Assembly (NCBI GenBank): GCA_963720545.1
Contig: OY970399.1
Coordinates: forward strand, 3,552,001 to 3,616,000
Length of the DNA: 64,000 nt
Source of the DNA: an uncultured Acidobacteriota bacterium
GTDB taxonomy: Bacteria; Acidobacteriota; Vicinamibacteria; Fen-336
Reading direction: 5' to 3'
Positions 10,668 through 20,570 of the stretch are shown here, in pieces (the first letter of the stretch is position 1; every line of letters begins with the position of its first letter). Under the pieces are notes generated by a model. The model saw only the letters and a list, made by a program, of their open reading frames with translations. It did not search any database and was not told the DNA's origin. A program made the translations under genes and the position numbers.

Positions 10668-12227
10668 CTAGCTGTGGACCGCCAGCGGTGACGGTGCGGT
10701 TGCCGCCTTCAGGTATGCGTTGGGGTCGTGCTCGACGCCGCCTTCGGGCAGCGAATCCCACAGCGCGCCGAGCGCGCTCTTGACGCGGCTGCGGTAGAAC
10801 GCCGGGACCGTTGCGGTTTCGCCGTCGAAGAAGCTGCGCACCGAGCGGTCGGTGTCGAGCAGGCCGCGCACCGTGGAGTCGTGGCGGATGCGGCCATGGC
10901 CTTCCGACGAGATGGCGCGCACCAGGTTGAGCGAGCGCGTGAGGAAGCCGTTGTTGGCCGCGAGCCGGCGGCCGATCGCGCGCGCCGAAAACGTGTACTT
11001 GCGCAGGTCGATGATCCGGTCGTAGAGGGCCGACCAGCTGTAGTTCTTGGGCTGCACGTTCATCGCGTGGTTGTTGTCGAGGAAGTGGAACGGGAACGGC
11101 AGCACGCGGCCGCTGCGCTGTAGCTCGAGGTTGAGCGGCGCCGCCTGGCCGAACGCCGAGAACAATGAGTAGGCGGGGAAGGCGCCCGGCGTCTTGTCGA
11201 CGAAGCGCTTGGTGAGCTCGAAGGGCTCATCGCCCATGTCGCAGTCGAGGCCCAGGACGAAGTTGGTCTGGACGTACGGGATGTAGCGCAGGATGGTGTT
11301 GACGTGGTCGGAGACCTGCTGCACCTTTCCGAGGCCGGTGTTCTTGCCGGTCTTCGACTTGTTCCCCATGTCATACCACGACTCGATGCCCGGGAGGATC
11401 GCCTTGAAACCGTTCTTCGCCAGCCGCTTCAGGTGCGGCTCGGAAAGGAGCGACAAGCTGCTCTCGGCAGCGAAGTCGATGGCGCCGGCAGGCACCGCTT
11501 CCTCGATCGCCGACATGGTCTCGTCGAAGCGCACGCCGAAGTTCGGGTCGTGCCAGCCGATACGCGGCCGCTTCAGCTTGGCGAGCAGGAAGCGCAGGTC
11601 TTCCTGGATCTGGTCGTGCGCGAGCGGCTGGTAGTCGACGTTGGCGTCGATACAGAAGCTGCAGGTGTACGGGCAGCCGAGGCTGCCGATCATCGGCACG
11701 ATCTTCACCGTCGGCGCCTTGGCGATCGTCGGCGCGATGAACTTCCACCGCTCCTTGATGCCGGGAAGCTGCAGCGGCTGCTTCTTGGCGCCCAGCCGCA
11801 GGCCCTCGGGACGATGCGGCGCGCAGTCGGCCAGCACCTCGCGCACCACCGAGCGATCGGTGAAGCCGAGCACGTAATCGAAATAGCGTGCCGCGTCTTC
11901 CGGATAGCAGCGCGCATGCGGCCCGCCGAGCACCGTGACGACGCCGCGCTGCCGGTACTGGTTGCTGATGGCCGCGGCGGTGTGCGCGGCGGCGGTGAAG
12001 GCTCCTATGAAAAGGATGTCGATGTCGGGCGGCAGCTCTTTCCCGAGGTCCTCGAAGCCGGTGTAGCAGACGAACACCACCTCGTGCCCGGCTTCCTCGC
12101 ACCACACGCCGATCACCTGCGGCATGATGCTCGCGAAGTTCGGCTGCATGATCCGGTTCCACAGGTTGCCCGAAGGCCCGTTCTGCACCAGGTCGAGGAC
12201 GCCCACACGCAAACGCTTCAATCGCAC
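10668..12227 (-). CDS. B12-binding-domain radical SAM protein
   Basis: VLGGPHA (cobalamin-binding-like), GCPYTCSFC (CxxxCxxC), PGIES and FVLGLD. Confidence 0.85.
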   Translation of the reverse strand: MRLKRLRVGVLDLVQNGPSGNLWNRIMQPNFASIMPQVIGVWCEEAGHEVVFVCYTGFEDLGKELPPDIDILFIGAFTAAAHTAAAISNQYRQRGVVTVLGGPHARCYPEDAARYFDYVLGFTDRSVVREVLADCAPHRPEGLRLGAKKQPLQLPGIKERWKFIAPTIAKAPTVKIVPMIGSLGCPYTCSFCIDANVDYQPLAHDQIQEDLRFLLAKLKRPRIGWHDPNFGVRFDETMSAIEEAVPAGAIDFAAESSLSLLSEPHLKRLAKNGFKAILPGIESWYDMGNKSKTGKNTGLGKVQQVSDHVNTILRYIPYVQTNFVLGLDCDMGDEPFELTKRFVDKTPGAFPAYSLFSAFGQAAPLNLELQRSGRVLPFPFHFLDNNHAMNVQPKNYSWSALYDRIIDLRKYTFSARAIGRRLAANNGFLTRSLNLVRAISSEGHGRIRHDSTVRGLLDTDRSVRSFFDGETATVPAFYRSRVKSALGALWDSLPEGGVEHDPNAYLKAATAPSPLAVHS

Positions 12228-12272
12228 CTCTTGGAGGGGACCACTCTACGCCCTTTAGGGGAAAACCCTTAG

Positions 12273-13406
12273 CTATTCCGCGCGCGCCACGAACAACAGG
12301 TCGAGCGAATACCTCGGCAGCAGCTCTCCCGCCCTGAACATCGCTTTCATGAGTGGTATTGCCCACTTACGGTTCCACGCTCGCTGCAGCCGGTCCAGTT
12401 TCGGCTGGCTGGAAGTCCAGTTGATGAGCAGCTCGAGGTGCAGGCCGCCACGCGACAGCACCTTGAACCCTTCGCGGCGCATCAGCTCGCCCAGTTCGTC
12501 ATAGGACAACTCGCTGAGGTGATCGGGGCTGATGGGACGGTCGGAGCCATCCGCGATGTTTGCAAGCCTGCGGCGGTTGGGCGTGGTGAGGATGAGGACG
12601 CCGCCCGGCTTCAGGACGCGGCGAAACTCGGCCATGGCCGTCGCGGGGTTGGTGAGGTGCTCGATCAGCTCGCCCGCGAACAGCGCGTCGAAGACGCCCG
12701 CGCGAAAGGGCAGGGGATCGGCGAACGAAACCGCCCAGTGAAGCTGCGGGAACTCGCCGCGGCGGCTGCGGATGGCGCCCTCGTCCACGTCGGCGGCCAC
12801 GATGCGAAACGGCCACTTCGGGCGGATCTCGGTGAACAGACTGCGCCCGCAGCCCGCATCGAGGACCAGGGCATTGGGCGGGATGCGCGCGAGGAACACC
12901 GCTTCCAGCTTCTGGAGCACGCGCTCGTGCAGCTTCCACAAGAACGGCTCGTGGACCGCGGGCGTGTAGCCGTGGTCCGCGTGCACGTGCTGGTAGAAGT
13001 GCTTGAGGATGGCCGGGGTCGCCACCTTGCCGGTGACCACGTGGCTCTCCACCACGGAGTTGTCGCTACGGCGCCGGCGCACCAGCTGGATGCCGACCAC
13101 CGGATCCCAGTCGTACGCGGGGTTGGTCCACGAGTCGGCTGGCGCAATGCGCCCCTCCTTCGTCTCGATCCACACCGAGTCCGGGCCGATGGCCCGCAGG
13201 TCGAGGTGCACCGTGAACGTACGCGCGGCCGGCATCGCGAACACCCAGTACCCCGGATGCGTCTGCGGGTGGCTCTCCTGCAGGTGCGAGTAGATGTCCA
13301 CGACGAACAGGTCGCGCCCGGGGCGCGACACACGGCTGCGTACCTCGACCGAACCACGCAGTTCGGAGAGATCTACCGTGGTCGTGATGGGGCGCAGGCG
13401 CCGCAC
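12273..13406 (-). CDS. Class I SAM-dependent methyltransferase with an unknown N-terminal domain
   Basis: VLDAGCG, LPFRAGVFDALFAGELIEHL and RVLKPGGVLILTTPN. Confidence 0.85.
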   Translation of the reverse strand: MRRLRPITTTVDLSELRGSVEVRSRVSRPGRDLFVVDIYSHLQESHPQTHPGYWVFAMPAARTFTVHLDLRAIGPDSVWIETKEGRIAPADSWTNPAYDWDPVVGIQLVRRRRSDNSVVESHVVTGKVATPAILKHFYQHVHADHGYTPAVHEPFLWKLHERVLQKLEAVFLARIPPNALVLDAGCGRSLFTEIRPKWPFRIVAADVDEGAIRSRRGEFPQLHWAVSFADPLPFRAGVFDALFAGELIEHLTNPATAMAEFRRVLKPGGVLILTTPNRRRLANIADGSDRPISPDHLSELSYDELGELMRREGFKVLSRGGLHLELLINWTSSQPKLDRLQRAWNRKWAIPLMKAMFRAGELLPRYSLDLLFVARAE

Positions 13407-13410
13407 GCGG

Positions 13411-14259
13411 CTAGGCGCTGGCGAGCAGCTTCTTCACGTATTCATACGAGCGGCGCACGCCCTCGGTCGGCGCCTTCTCGTCGAGTTCGTATTCGACGTT
13501 GAGCGCGTAGGGGTATTTCAGTTCCTGCGCCACCTTCAGGAACGCTGCGATCGGCGTCTTGCCCTCGCCGAACTGCGTGAAGGTGTTGTCCGGGTCGCGC
13601 ACCGTGTCTTTCACGTGCACGCTGACGATGCGCTTGTGGTGCTCGCGGAAGAACGCGACCGGGTCGTGGCCCGCGGCCGAGAAATGGCCGATGTCGAGGT
13701 TGATCGCGATGTGCTCGGAGCGGCCCTTCATGGCTTCGGCCCAGTCCTCGGGGCTCTCGAAATTCTTGGCGCGGTCGCCCTTGAACCAGCTCTCGCCGAA
13801 CCAGTGGTTGTGCAGGCCGATGGTGACGTCGTATTTCGTCGCGTACTGGTCGAGCCGCGGGACGATCGCCTTTTCCGTGGAGGTCGTCATGACCTTCGTC
13901 CCCAGCAGGCCCGCGCCGCGGAAGCTCTTGTCGAGGAGCTCGTCGCTCGCCTCGGGCGCGAAGTTGACGCAGTAGGCGTTGATCGTGATCCCGGCGGCGG
14001 CGAACTTGTCGCGGGTCGCCTTGAAATCGGCCTCGTTCGCCTTGGCGGGATCGAGGTGGCCGTCCCACAGCTCGACGCTCTTGAGGCCGATCGACGTCAT
14101 CGCCTCGATCATGCGCTCGACGCTGAAGGCGCGGAATGAATAGCTCTGCACGCCGATTTCGAGACTGTGCGCGGCGGCGGCGGCGGAGCGGGTGAGGGCC
14201 ATGCCGGCGACGGCGGCGCCGACGCCTGCGGTGAACTCGCGACGGGTGATCGTGACCAT
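13411..14259 (-). CDS. Tat-exported sugar-phosphate isomerase/epimerase (xylose-isomerase-like TIM barrel)
   Basis: TRREF Tat signal; [22 protein letters not shown] and VEYE. Confidence 0.85.
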   Translation of the reverse strand: MVTITRREFTAGVGAAVAGMALTRSAAAAAHSLEIGVQSYSFRAFSVERMIEAMTSIGLKSVELWDGHLDPAKANEADFKATRDKFAAAGITINAYCVNFAPEASDELLDKSFRGAGLLGTKVMTTSTEKAIVPRLDQYATKYDVTIGLHNHWFGESWFKGDRAKNFESPEDWAEAMKGRSEHIAINLDIGHFSAAGHDPVAFFREHHKRIVSVHVKDTVRDPDNTFTQFGEGKTPIAAFLKVAQELKYPYALNVEYELDEKAPTEGVRRSYEYVKKLLASA

Positions 14260-14321
14260 GGGCGGATGATACAGTCGCTCGTCAAGCAGCGGAGTTCCTC
14301 TCTCAAGGATGCGGGGTGGCT

Positions 14322-15560
14322 ATGGCCAGGGCGTTCGAGCCACGGTTCATGAAGATCGGCGTGCTGACGGCTGCCCTGCAGGAGCTGACCCCGCGCACCG
14401 TGCGCGACCAGGATCCCGACCGCGCCGTTGAGGAATGGGCCGCCTTCGCCCGTCAGGTCGGCGCCGACTACATGCAGCTCTCGGCCGCCCTGCACCCGTC
14501 GGTCGCCGACGTCCCGGCCGAGGCGCTCCTCGACCCGGTGGCGAACACCCTCGACTTGCGCGAACCCTTCGACAAGGACCGTGCCGCGCGCGTCCGTCGT
14601 GCGCTCGACGCCCACGACCTCGGGCTCTCGGACATCGGCTACTTCGACAACATGCTGCACGACGACGCCGCGGTGCGCGCGCGCAAGCACGACTTCATGA
14701 AGCGGGTGATGGACGCCGCAGTGCTGCTGGGCGTCGACGCGGTCTGCGGTTTCGTCGGCCGCAACCAGCTGCTGTCGATGGACCAGAACCTCGGCGACTT
14801 CGAGACCGGCTTCGTGCCGCTGCTGCGCTACGCCGCCGACCGCGGCCTGACCTACCGCATCGAGCAGTGCCCGATGCCGGGCTGGACCACCGGCGACAAC
14901 TGGCACAACCAGATCGCCTACACGCCGGGCACCTGGATCGCCCTGCATCGCATCGCCGCGCGCCACGGCGTCGGCGACGCCTTCCGCATCCACTACGACC
15001 CCTCGCACGCCATCCTCATGGGCCAGGACACGCGCTCGTTGTTCCAGTACCTGCGCGACACCGGCTACGCGTTCCTCATCGGCGGCTTCCACGTGAAGGG
15101 CCAGGTGATCGACGCGAAGGGGATCTCGGCCTGGGGCTACGGCGGGCAGACCGTGGAGCGTGGCGACTGGAAAGACGGCAAGCCGTCGCCCGACCCGAAG
15201 GACCAGGGCAACGCGTGGAAGAAGCACACGGTCTTCAGCGAGCACGAGCTGCCGGGCACCGCGCGACACGATCCGCTCGGGTACTTGCAGAACCGCACCG
15301 TCGACTGGCTCGACCACCAACTGGCCGCGCGCGAGCTGCTCGACCTCGACGTCGCGAACACGCACCTGGTGGTGGAGCACGAGTACCCCAAGGCGCGCAT
15401 CCAGGACAAGGACAAGCTGGCGCCGATCCTCGAGGGGTCGATCGCCTACACGCGGCGCATCGACGAAGCCGCGGCGTGCATGTACGCGCTGCAGCACGAG
15501 GTGCTCGCCGACCAGGGCATCCCGATCCAGGGTTTCGGCCGTCAGGCCTACAGGAGCTGA
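14322..15560 (+). CDS. Large cytoplasmic xylose-isomerase-like TIM barrel protein
   Basis: [19 protein letters not shown] and VEHE metal-binding motifs. Confidence 0.8.
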   Translation: MARAFEPRFMKIGVLTAALQELTPRTVRDQDPDRAVEEWAAFARQVGADYMQLSAALHPSVADVPAEALLDPVANTLDLREPFDKDRAARVRRALDAHDLGLSDIGYFDNMLHDDAAVRARKHDFMKRVMDAAVLLGVDAVCGFVGRNQLLSMDQNLGDFETGFVPLLRYAADRGLTYRIEQCPMPGWTTGDNWHNQIAYTPGTWIALHRIAARHGVGDAFRIHYDPSHAILMGQDTRSLFQYLRDTGYAFLIGGFHVKGQVIDAKGISAWGYGGQTVERGDWKDGKPSPDPKDQGNAWKKHTVFSEHELPGTARHDPLGYLQNRTVDWLDHQLAARELLDLDVANTHLVVEHEYPKARIQDKDKLAPILEGSIAYTRRIDEAAACMYALQHEVLADQGIPIQGFGRQAYRS

Positions 15561-15564
15561 CCGA

Positions 15565-17238
15565 ATGAAACAGTACGACGTGGCGATCGTCGGGTCGGGC
15601 GCGGGCGGCGGCATGGCGGCGAAGGTGCTTGCCGAAGCCGGCGCAGAGTGCGTGCTGCTCGAGGCCGGCCAGACGTGGTCGGCGGCCAGGGACGGCAAGA
15701 TGTTCGGCTGGAACTACGACTCGCCGCGCCGCGGTGCCGGCACCCGGCTGCGGCCGTTCGGCGAGTATGACGGCTGCATCGGCGGCTGGGACATCGAAGG
15801 CGAGCCGTACACGGTTGCGAAGGGCGAGGAGTTCCTGTGGTTCCGGGCGCGCATGCTCGGCGGGCGCACCAATCACTGGGGCCGCATCTCGCTGCGCGCC
15901 GGTCCGTGGGACTTCAAGGCACGCAGCCGCGACGGCCTCGGCGACGACTGGCCCATCGGCTACGACGACATCAAGCCGTACTACGACAAGCTCGACCGCC
16001 TGGTGGGTTTGCACGGCTCGATGGAGGGGCTGCCGAACGACCCCGACGGCATCTTCCTGCCGCCGCCGGCGCCGCGCGCCTCCGACATCCTCATCAAGCG
16101 CGCCGCCGGCAAGCTGAAGATCACCTGCATTCCGGGGCGCGCTTCGGTGCTCACCCAGCCGCACAATGGCCGGCCGGCCTGCCACTACTGCGGCAACTGC
16201 GGGCGCGGCTGCGCCACGGACTCCAACTTCTCGACGCCGTCGGTGCTGCTGCCGCCGGCGCTCGCCACCGGCAAGCTCACGATCGTCACAGGCGCGATGG
16301 CGCGCGAGGTGCTGACCGACAGCGAGGGGCTCGCCACGGGCGTCTCCTACGTCGACACCAGGACCGGTGAGGAACAGCAGGTGCGTGCCCGGATCGTGGT
16401 GCTGGCGGCCAGCGCCTGCGAGACCGCGCGGCTGATGCTCAACTCGAAATCGCCGCGCCACCCGAACGGCCTCGCGAATTCGAGCGGGGCTGTGGGCCGC
16501 TACCTCACCGATTCCACCGGCGCCAGCGTCGGCGGGCAGGTGCCGGCGCTCGAAGCGCTGCCGCCCCACAATGAAGACGGCACCGGCAGCCAGCACATCT
16601 ACATGCCGTGGTGGATCGACAACACGAAGGTCGACTTCCCACGCGGCTACCACATCGAGCCGGGCGGCGGGCGCGGCATGCCGGGCTACGGTTTCATGGG
16701 CGGCATTCAGAAGATCCAGGGCGGCGGTTACGGCAAGAAGCTGAAGGACGACTACCGCCGGTTGTACGGCTCGTTCGTCGGCTTCGCCGGCCGCGGCGAG
16801 ATGGTGCCGAACGAACACTCGTTCTGCGAGATCGACCCGCATGTGGTCGACCGCTGGGGCATCCCGGTGCTGCGCTTCCATTGGCGCTGGTCCGAGTTCG
16901 AGATCAACCAGGCGCGCCACATGCAGCAGACGTTCGTCGAGATCATCGACGCCATGGGCGGCAAGGTCATCGGCCCGCTGCCGGGGCGCGACAAGCTGTA
17001 CGGCCTCGAGGCCGGCGGCGAGATCATCCACGAGGCGGGCACCACGCGCATGGGCGACAGCCCGCGCACTTCGGTGGTCGACATGTGGTGCCGCGCCCAC
17101 GACTGCCGCAACCTGTTCGTCGCCGACAGCGGCCCGTTCGTCACCAACTCGCACAAGAACATGACCTGGACCATCCTCGCGCTGTCGATGCGCACCGCCG
17201 AGAACATCGCTGCCGAGCGCGCCAAGGGGGGCCTCTGA
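15565..17238 (+). CDS. GMC-family flavoprotein (glycoside 3-dehydrogenase large-subunit-like)
   Basis: IVGSGAGG, ARMLGGRTNHWGR, CHYCGNCGRGC Fe-S-type Cys cluster and IIHEAGTTRMG. Confidence 0.92.
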   Translation: MKQYDVAIVGSGAGGGMAAKVLAEAGAECVLLEAGQTWSAARDGKMFGWNYDSPRRGAGTRLRPFGEYDGCIGGWDIEGEPYTVAKGEEFLWFRARMLGGRTNHWGRISLRAGPWDFKARSRDGLGDDWPIGYDDIKPYYDKLDRLVGLHGSMEGLPNDPDGIFLPPPAPRASDILIKRAAGKLKITCIPGRASVLTQPHNGRPACHYCGNCGRGCATDSNFSTPSVLLPPALATGKLTIVTGAMAREVLTDSEGLATGVSYVDTRTGEEQQVRARIVVLAASACETARLMLNSKSPRHPNGLANSSGAVGRYLTDSTGASVGGQVPALEALPPHNEDGTGSQHIYMPWWIDNTKVDFPRGYHIEPGGGRGMPGYGFMGGIQKIQGGGYGKKLKDDYRRLYGSFVGFAGRGEMVPNEHSFCEIDPHVVDRWGIPVLRFHWRWSEFEINQARHMQQTFVEIIDAMGGKVIGPLPGRDKLYGLEAGGEIIHEAGTTRMGDSPRTSVVDMWCRAHDCRNLFVADSGPFVTNSHKNMTWTILALSMRTAENIAAERAKGGL

Positions 17239-17894
17239 TGACGATGCCAACGAGCGCCAAGCGCCGTTCGCTGCTGCAGTTCCTCGGCACCGCGCCACTC
17301 GTGGCCGGCCTGACGGTTGAGGGGGCGTCTGCTGCCGGCGCGCACGCGGCTGCGTCCGTCGGCGCTGCGGCGGCCGGCAAGGCGTACCAGCCGAAGTTCT
17401 TCACCGCGCACGAGTGGCAAACGGTGCGCATGCTCACCGACCTGATCCTGCCGAAAGACGAGCGCTCCGGCAGCGCCACCGACGCCGGCGTGCCCGAGTT
17501 CATGGACTTCATCATGACCGACCCGGCGGTGGACGATCGCTCGCGCGAAGCGCGCCAGGTGTCGATGCGCGGCGGCCTCGCGTGGCTCGACAACCAGAGC
17601 CGCGAGCGCAGCGGCAAGACGTTCGTGGCTGCGACCGACGCGGAGCGCATCCAGCTCCTCGATGCCGTCGCCTACTGGAAGGGCGATGACCCGGAGGAAT
17701 ACGAGGACCACCCGACCGACAAGCGGGTCCTGCCCATGGCCCACGGCCCCGCGTTCTTCAACTCGTTCCGCGACCTCACGGCGTCGGGCTTCTTCAGCAG
17801 CAGGATGGGCGTCGCCGACCTCGGCTACATCGGCAACACCGCCTTCAACTGGACGGGCCCGCCGCCGGAAGTGATGAAGAAGCTCGGCGAGTAG
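17238..17894 (+). CDS. Gluconate-2-dehydrogenase subunit 3 family (Tat 'hitchhiker' subunit)
   Basis: TGATG overlap; KRRSLL Tat-like signal; LILPKD...GSATDAGVPEFMD and GFFSSRMG..DLGYIGN. Confidence 0.88.
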   Translation: MTMPTSAKRRSLLQFLGTAPLVAGLTVEGASAAGAHAAASVGAAAAGKAYQPKFFTAHEWQTVRMLTDLILPKDERSGSATDAGVPEFMDFIMTDPAVDDRSREARQVSMRGGLAWLDNQSRERSGKTFVAATDAERIQLLDAVAYWKGDDPEEYEDHPTDKRVLPMAHGPAFFNSFRDLTASGFFSSRMGVADLGYIGNTAFNWTGPPPEVMKKLGE

Positions 17895-17913
17895 CCTCTC
17901 GACCGGCTGGTCG

Positions 17914-18041
17914 TGTCCGTTGTCGCAACCGGCCGTCCGCAATCGGACAGCCAAGGCCTCGTTCAACGCAACGAATTCGCCCGCAACGGACGGCACCGTA
18001 TCGATTTCGTTCCCCGTCGGCGGGGCGGCACAAAGATCGCT
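17914..18041 (+). promoter_or_regulatory. Candidate sigma54 promoter with tandem upstream activator sites
   Basis: CGGCAC-AAAGA-TCGCT (GG 18027-28, GC 18039-40, 10-bp spacing); dyads TGTCCG-N4-CGCAAC (17914) and CGTCCG-N4-CGGACA (17934) lie about 90-110 bp upstream. Confidence 0.55.
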
Positions 18042-18062
18042 TTAGCAGCGGCGGGGGGGCCC

Positions 18063-20570
18063 TTGCCGACTGCATTGATTGCGACGATCACCCATGCCGT
18101 TCGCAGCCTGCGGCACGCGCCGGGGCTCGCCCTTGCTGCCATCCTTTGCATCGCGCTTGGCACCGCCGCCACCACCACCGTTGCGACGCTGGTGAGCGCA
18201 ACGCTGATCCGGCCTGTGCCTTTTCCAGCACCCGAGCGCCTGGTGCGTGTGTGGTTCGACGAACCGCAGGTCAACTCCCGCATCTCGCTGTCGATCCCGG
18301 AGATCGCAGACTTCGGCGCGATGACGGCGTTCGACGCATTCCTGGGCACCGCGCGGGTGCGCTCCACGGTGCTCTTCGACAGCGGCGCCGAGCGCTTGCG
18401 CGGCGAGGGAGTGTCGCGCGGATATTTCGAGACGCTCGGCATCCGCCCCGCGCTGGGCCGGGTGCTGCAACCGGCCGATCACACGGCCGATGCGCCGGCG
18501 GTGGTGGTGCTGAGCCACGACACCTGGCTGCGCCACTTCGGTGGCGATGCCGCTGTTGTCGGGCGACCGTTTCGCACGCCGCACGCCGCCTACACGATCG
18601 TCGGCGTGGCGCAGCGCGGCTTCGAGGGGACGGTGGAAGACGACGTCGTCGAGTTCTTCATCCCGCTCGAGCAGTACGAACCCCGCGCGCTGCGCACCGA
18701 CCGCAACGCCCGGCCGTCGTGGGCGATCGGGCGGCTGCGCCCGGGAGCATCGATCGGCGCGGCGCAGGCCGAGGCCGAGCGCGTCTACCAGGCGCTCGCG
18801 GCCGCGCATCCCGACATCTACCGCCGCTGGCAGATGCGTGTGGAGCCGTTCGGCGAGAGCTGGCGCGAACGGCTGCGCGGCAGCGGTGCCGTGCTGTTCG
18901 CGGCGGCGGCGCTGCTGCTGATGATCGCCGCCATCAACGTCGGCTGCCTGCTGCTCGCGCGCGTTCTCGACCGCCGGCGCGAGCTCGCCATCCGCGCCGC
19001 GCTGGGCGCCGGCACCCGGCGCATTGCGCTGCAGCTCTTCACCGAGGCGCTGGTGCTGGTGGTCGCAGGCGGCGCCCTCGGCGCGCTGCTGGGACCGCGC
19101 CTGCTCGACGGGTTCCTGGCGGTGGCGCCACTCGACCGGTTGTCGCTGCCGCGCTACCTGCGCCTCGAGCCGGACGCGACGGCGCTCGCCATCGCCATCG
19201 GCACGCTTGCCGTCGCCGGCCTGCTCGCCGGCACGGTGCCGACGCTGCTGGGCCGGCGCGTGCAGCCGGCGGACGTGCTGCGCGACGGCGGCCGCGGCCA
19301 CCTTGGCCGCGGCGCCGAGAAGGGCTGGGGCGCCGCGCTCATCGCGTGTGAGACCGCGCTGACGCTGGTGCTGCTGGTCACCGGCGGACTGCTGGTGCGC
19401 TCGTACGAACGGCTCACCAACATCGACACCGGCTTCGAGCGCGACCGGATCGCACGGCTTGCCGTGACGCTGAGCCGTTCCGACTACGGCGAGGCGGAGC
19501 GCCTGCCGCAGGTGTACGAGCGTCTGCAGCGCGAGCTGGCGAATGTCCCCGGCGTGCGCGCCATCGGCCTCGTCAGCCCCACGCTGCCGCCGTGGGACGG
19601 GTTGCAGTCGCGCGTGCATCCCGAGGGCGTCGACCTGCCCGCCGCCGGGGGTGGTGTGGACGAGGGCATCGTCGTCAGCACGCATCTTGCCGACGGCGGC
19701 CTGTTGCCGATGCTCGGCGGCGGCATCGTCGCGGGCCGCAACCTCGACCCGGGCGACGCGCGCGCCGACGCCGCGTCGTTGGTGGTGATCAGCCGCTCGC
19801 TTGCCAGGTTGATGGGGGGACCAGAAAAGGCGTTGGGCCGCACCGTGACCTTCGGCCCCGACGACCCCGGCATGCCCACCGGGCCTTTCCGCGTGGTCGG
19901 CGTCGCCGAGGACATGGCTTACGACGGCCTCGTCGAGCAGGACACGCGCCGCTTCGTTCGCGGTGGCGCGGGCGGCGACGCGCGCGCCAGCCGCTTCGAC
20001 GTTTATGTGTCGCTGCAGCGCTTTCCGTCGCCGGTGGTGTCGATCGGCGCCGCGACCAGCGGTGACCCGGCGGCGCTCATTGCGCCGCTGCGTGCCCGCA
20101 TCGCCGCGATCGCGCCGGCTTCGGCCATCCACTGGGTCGGCACCATGCCGGAGGAGATCGCCGCCGAGTACGCGCCGACGCGTTTCTACACGATCCTGGT
20201 GACCGTGTTCTCGACGAGTGCGCTCCTGCTGACGAGCCTCGGCCTGTTCGCCTTGCTGTCGCACGCCGCGGTGCGCCGCACTTCCGAGATGGGCCTGCGT
20301 CTGGCACTCGGCGCATCGCGCGGCTCGACCGCGCGCTTGCTGTTGCGCGGCGGGCTGTCGCCGATCGCCGCCGGCATCGCCGCCGGCGGCCTCGGCGCCT
20401 ACGCCGCCGGCCGTTCCATGGGCGGCATGGTCTACGGCATCGGCACTTTCGACAGCGCCACTTTCGCCTTGTCGGTGGCGGTGCTGGTGCTCGTCAGTGT
20501 CTGCGCCGGGCTGGTCCCCGCACGCCGCATCGCGTCCATCGACCCGGTCGAGGCGCTGCGCACCGACTGA
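18063..20570 (+). CDS. ADOP-like duplicated MacB/FtsX ABC permease (no ATPase domain)
   Basis: Two MacB_PCD+FtsX repeats; RRRELAIRAALGAG, RRTSEMGLRLALGA and C-terminal IDPVEALRTD. Confidence 0.9.
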   Translation: MPTALIATITHAVRSLRHAPGLALAAILCIALGTAATTTVATLVSATLIRPVPFPAPERLVRVWFDEPQVNSRISLSIPEIADFGAMTAFDAFLGTARVRSTVLFDSGAERLRGEGVSRGYFETLGIRPALGRVLQPADHTADAPAVVVLSHDTWLRHFGGDAAVVGRPFRTPHAAYTIVGVAQRGFEGTVEDDVVEFFIPLEQYEPRALRTDRNARPSWAIGRLRPGASIGAAQAEAERVYQALAAAHPDIYRRWQMRVEPFGESWRERLRGSGAVLFAAAALLLMIAAINVGCLLLARVLDRRRELAIRAALGAGTRRIALQLFTEALVLVVAGGALGALLGPRLLDGFLAVAPLDRLSLPRYLRLEPDATALAIAIGTLAVAGLLAGTVPTLLGRRVQPADVLRDGGRGHLGRGAEKGWGAALIACETALTLVLLVTGGLLVRSYERLTNIDTGFERDRIARLAVTLSRSDYGEAERLPQVYERLQRELANVPGVRAIGLVSPTLPPWDGLQSRVHPEGVDLPAAGGGVDEGIVVSTHLADGGLLPMLGGGIVAGRNLDPGDARADAASLVVISRSLARLMGGPEKALGRTVTFGPDDPGMPTGPFRVVGVAEDMAYDGLVEQDTRRFVRGGAGGDARASRFDVYVSLQRFPSPVVSIGAATSGDPAALIAPLRARIAAIAPASAIHWVGTMPEEIAAEYAPTRFYTILVTVFSTSALLLTSLGLFALLSHAAVRRTSEMGLRLALGASRGSTARLLLRGGLSPIAAGIAAGGLGAYAAGRSMGGMVYGIGTFDSATFALSVAVLVLVSVCAGLVPARRIASIDPVEALRTD

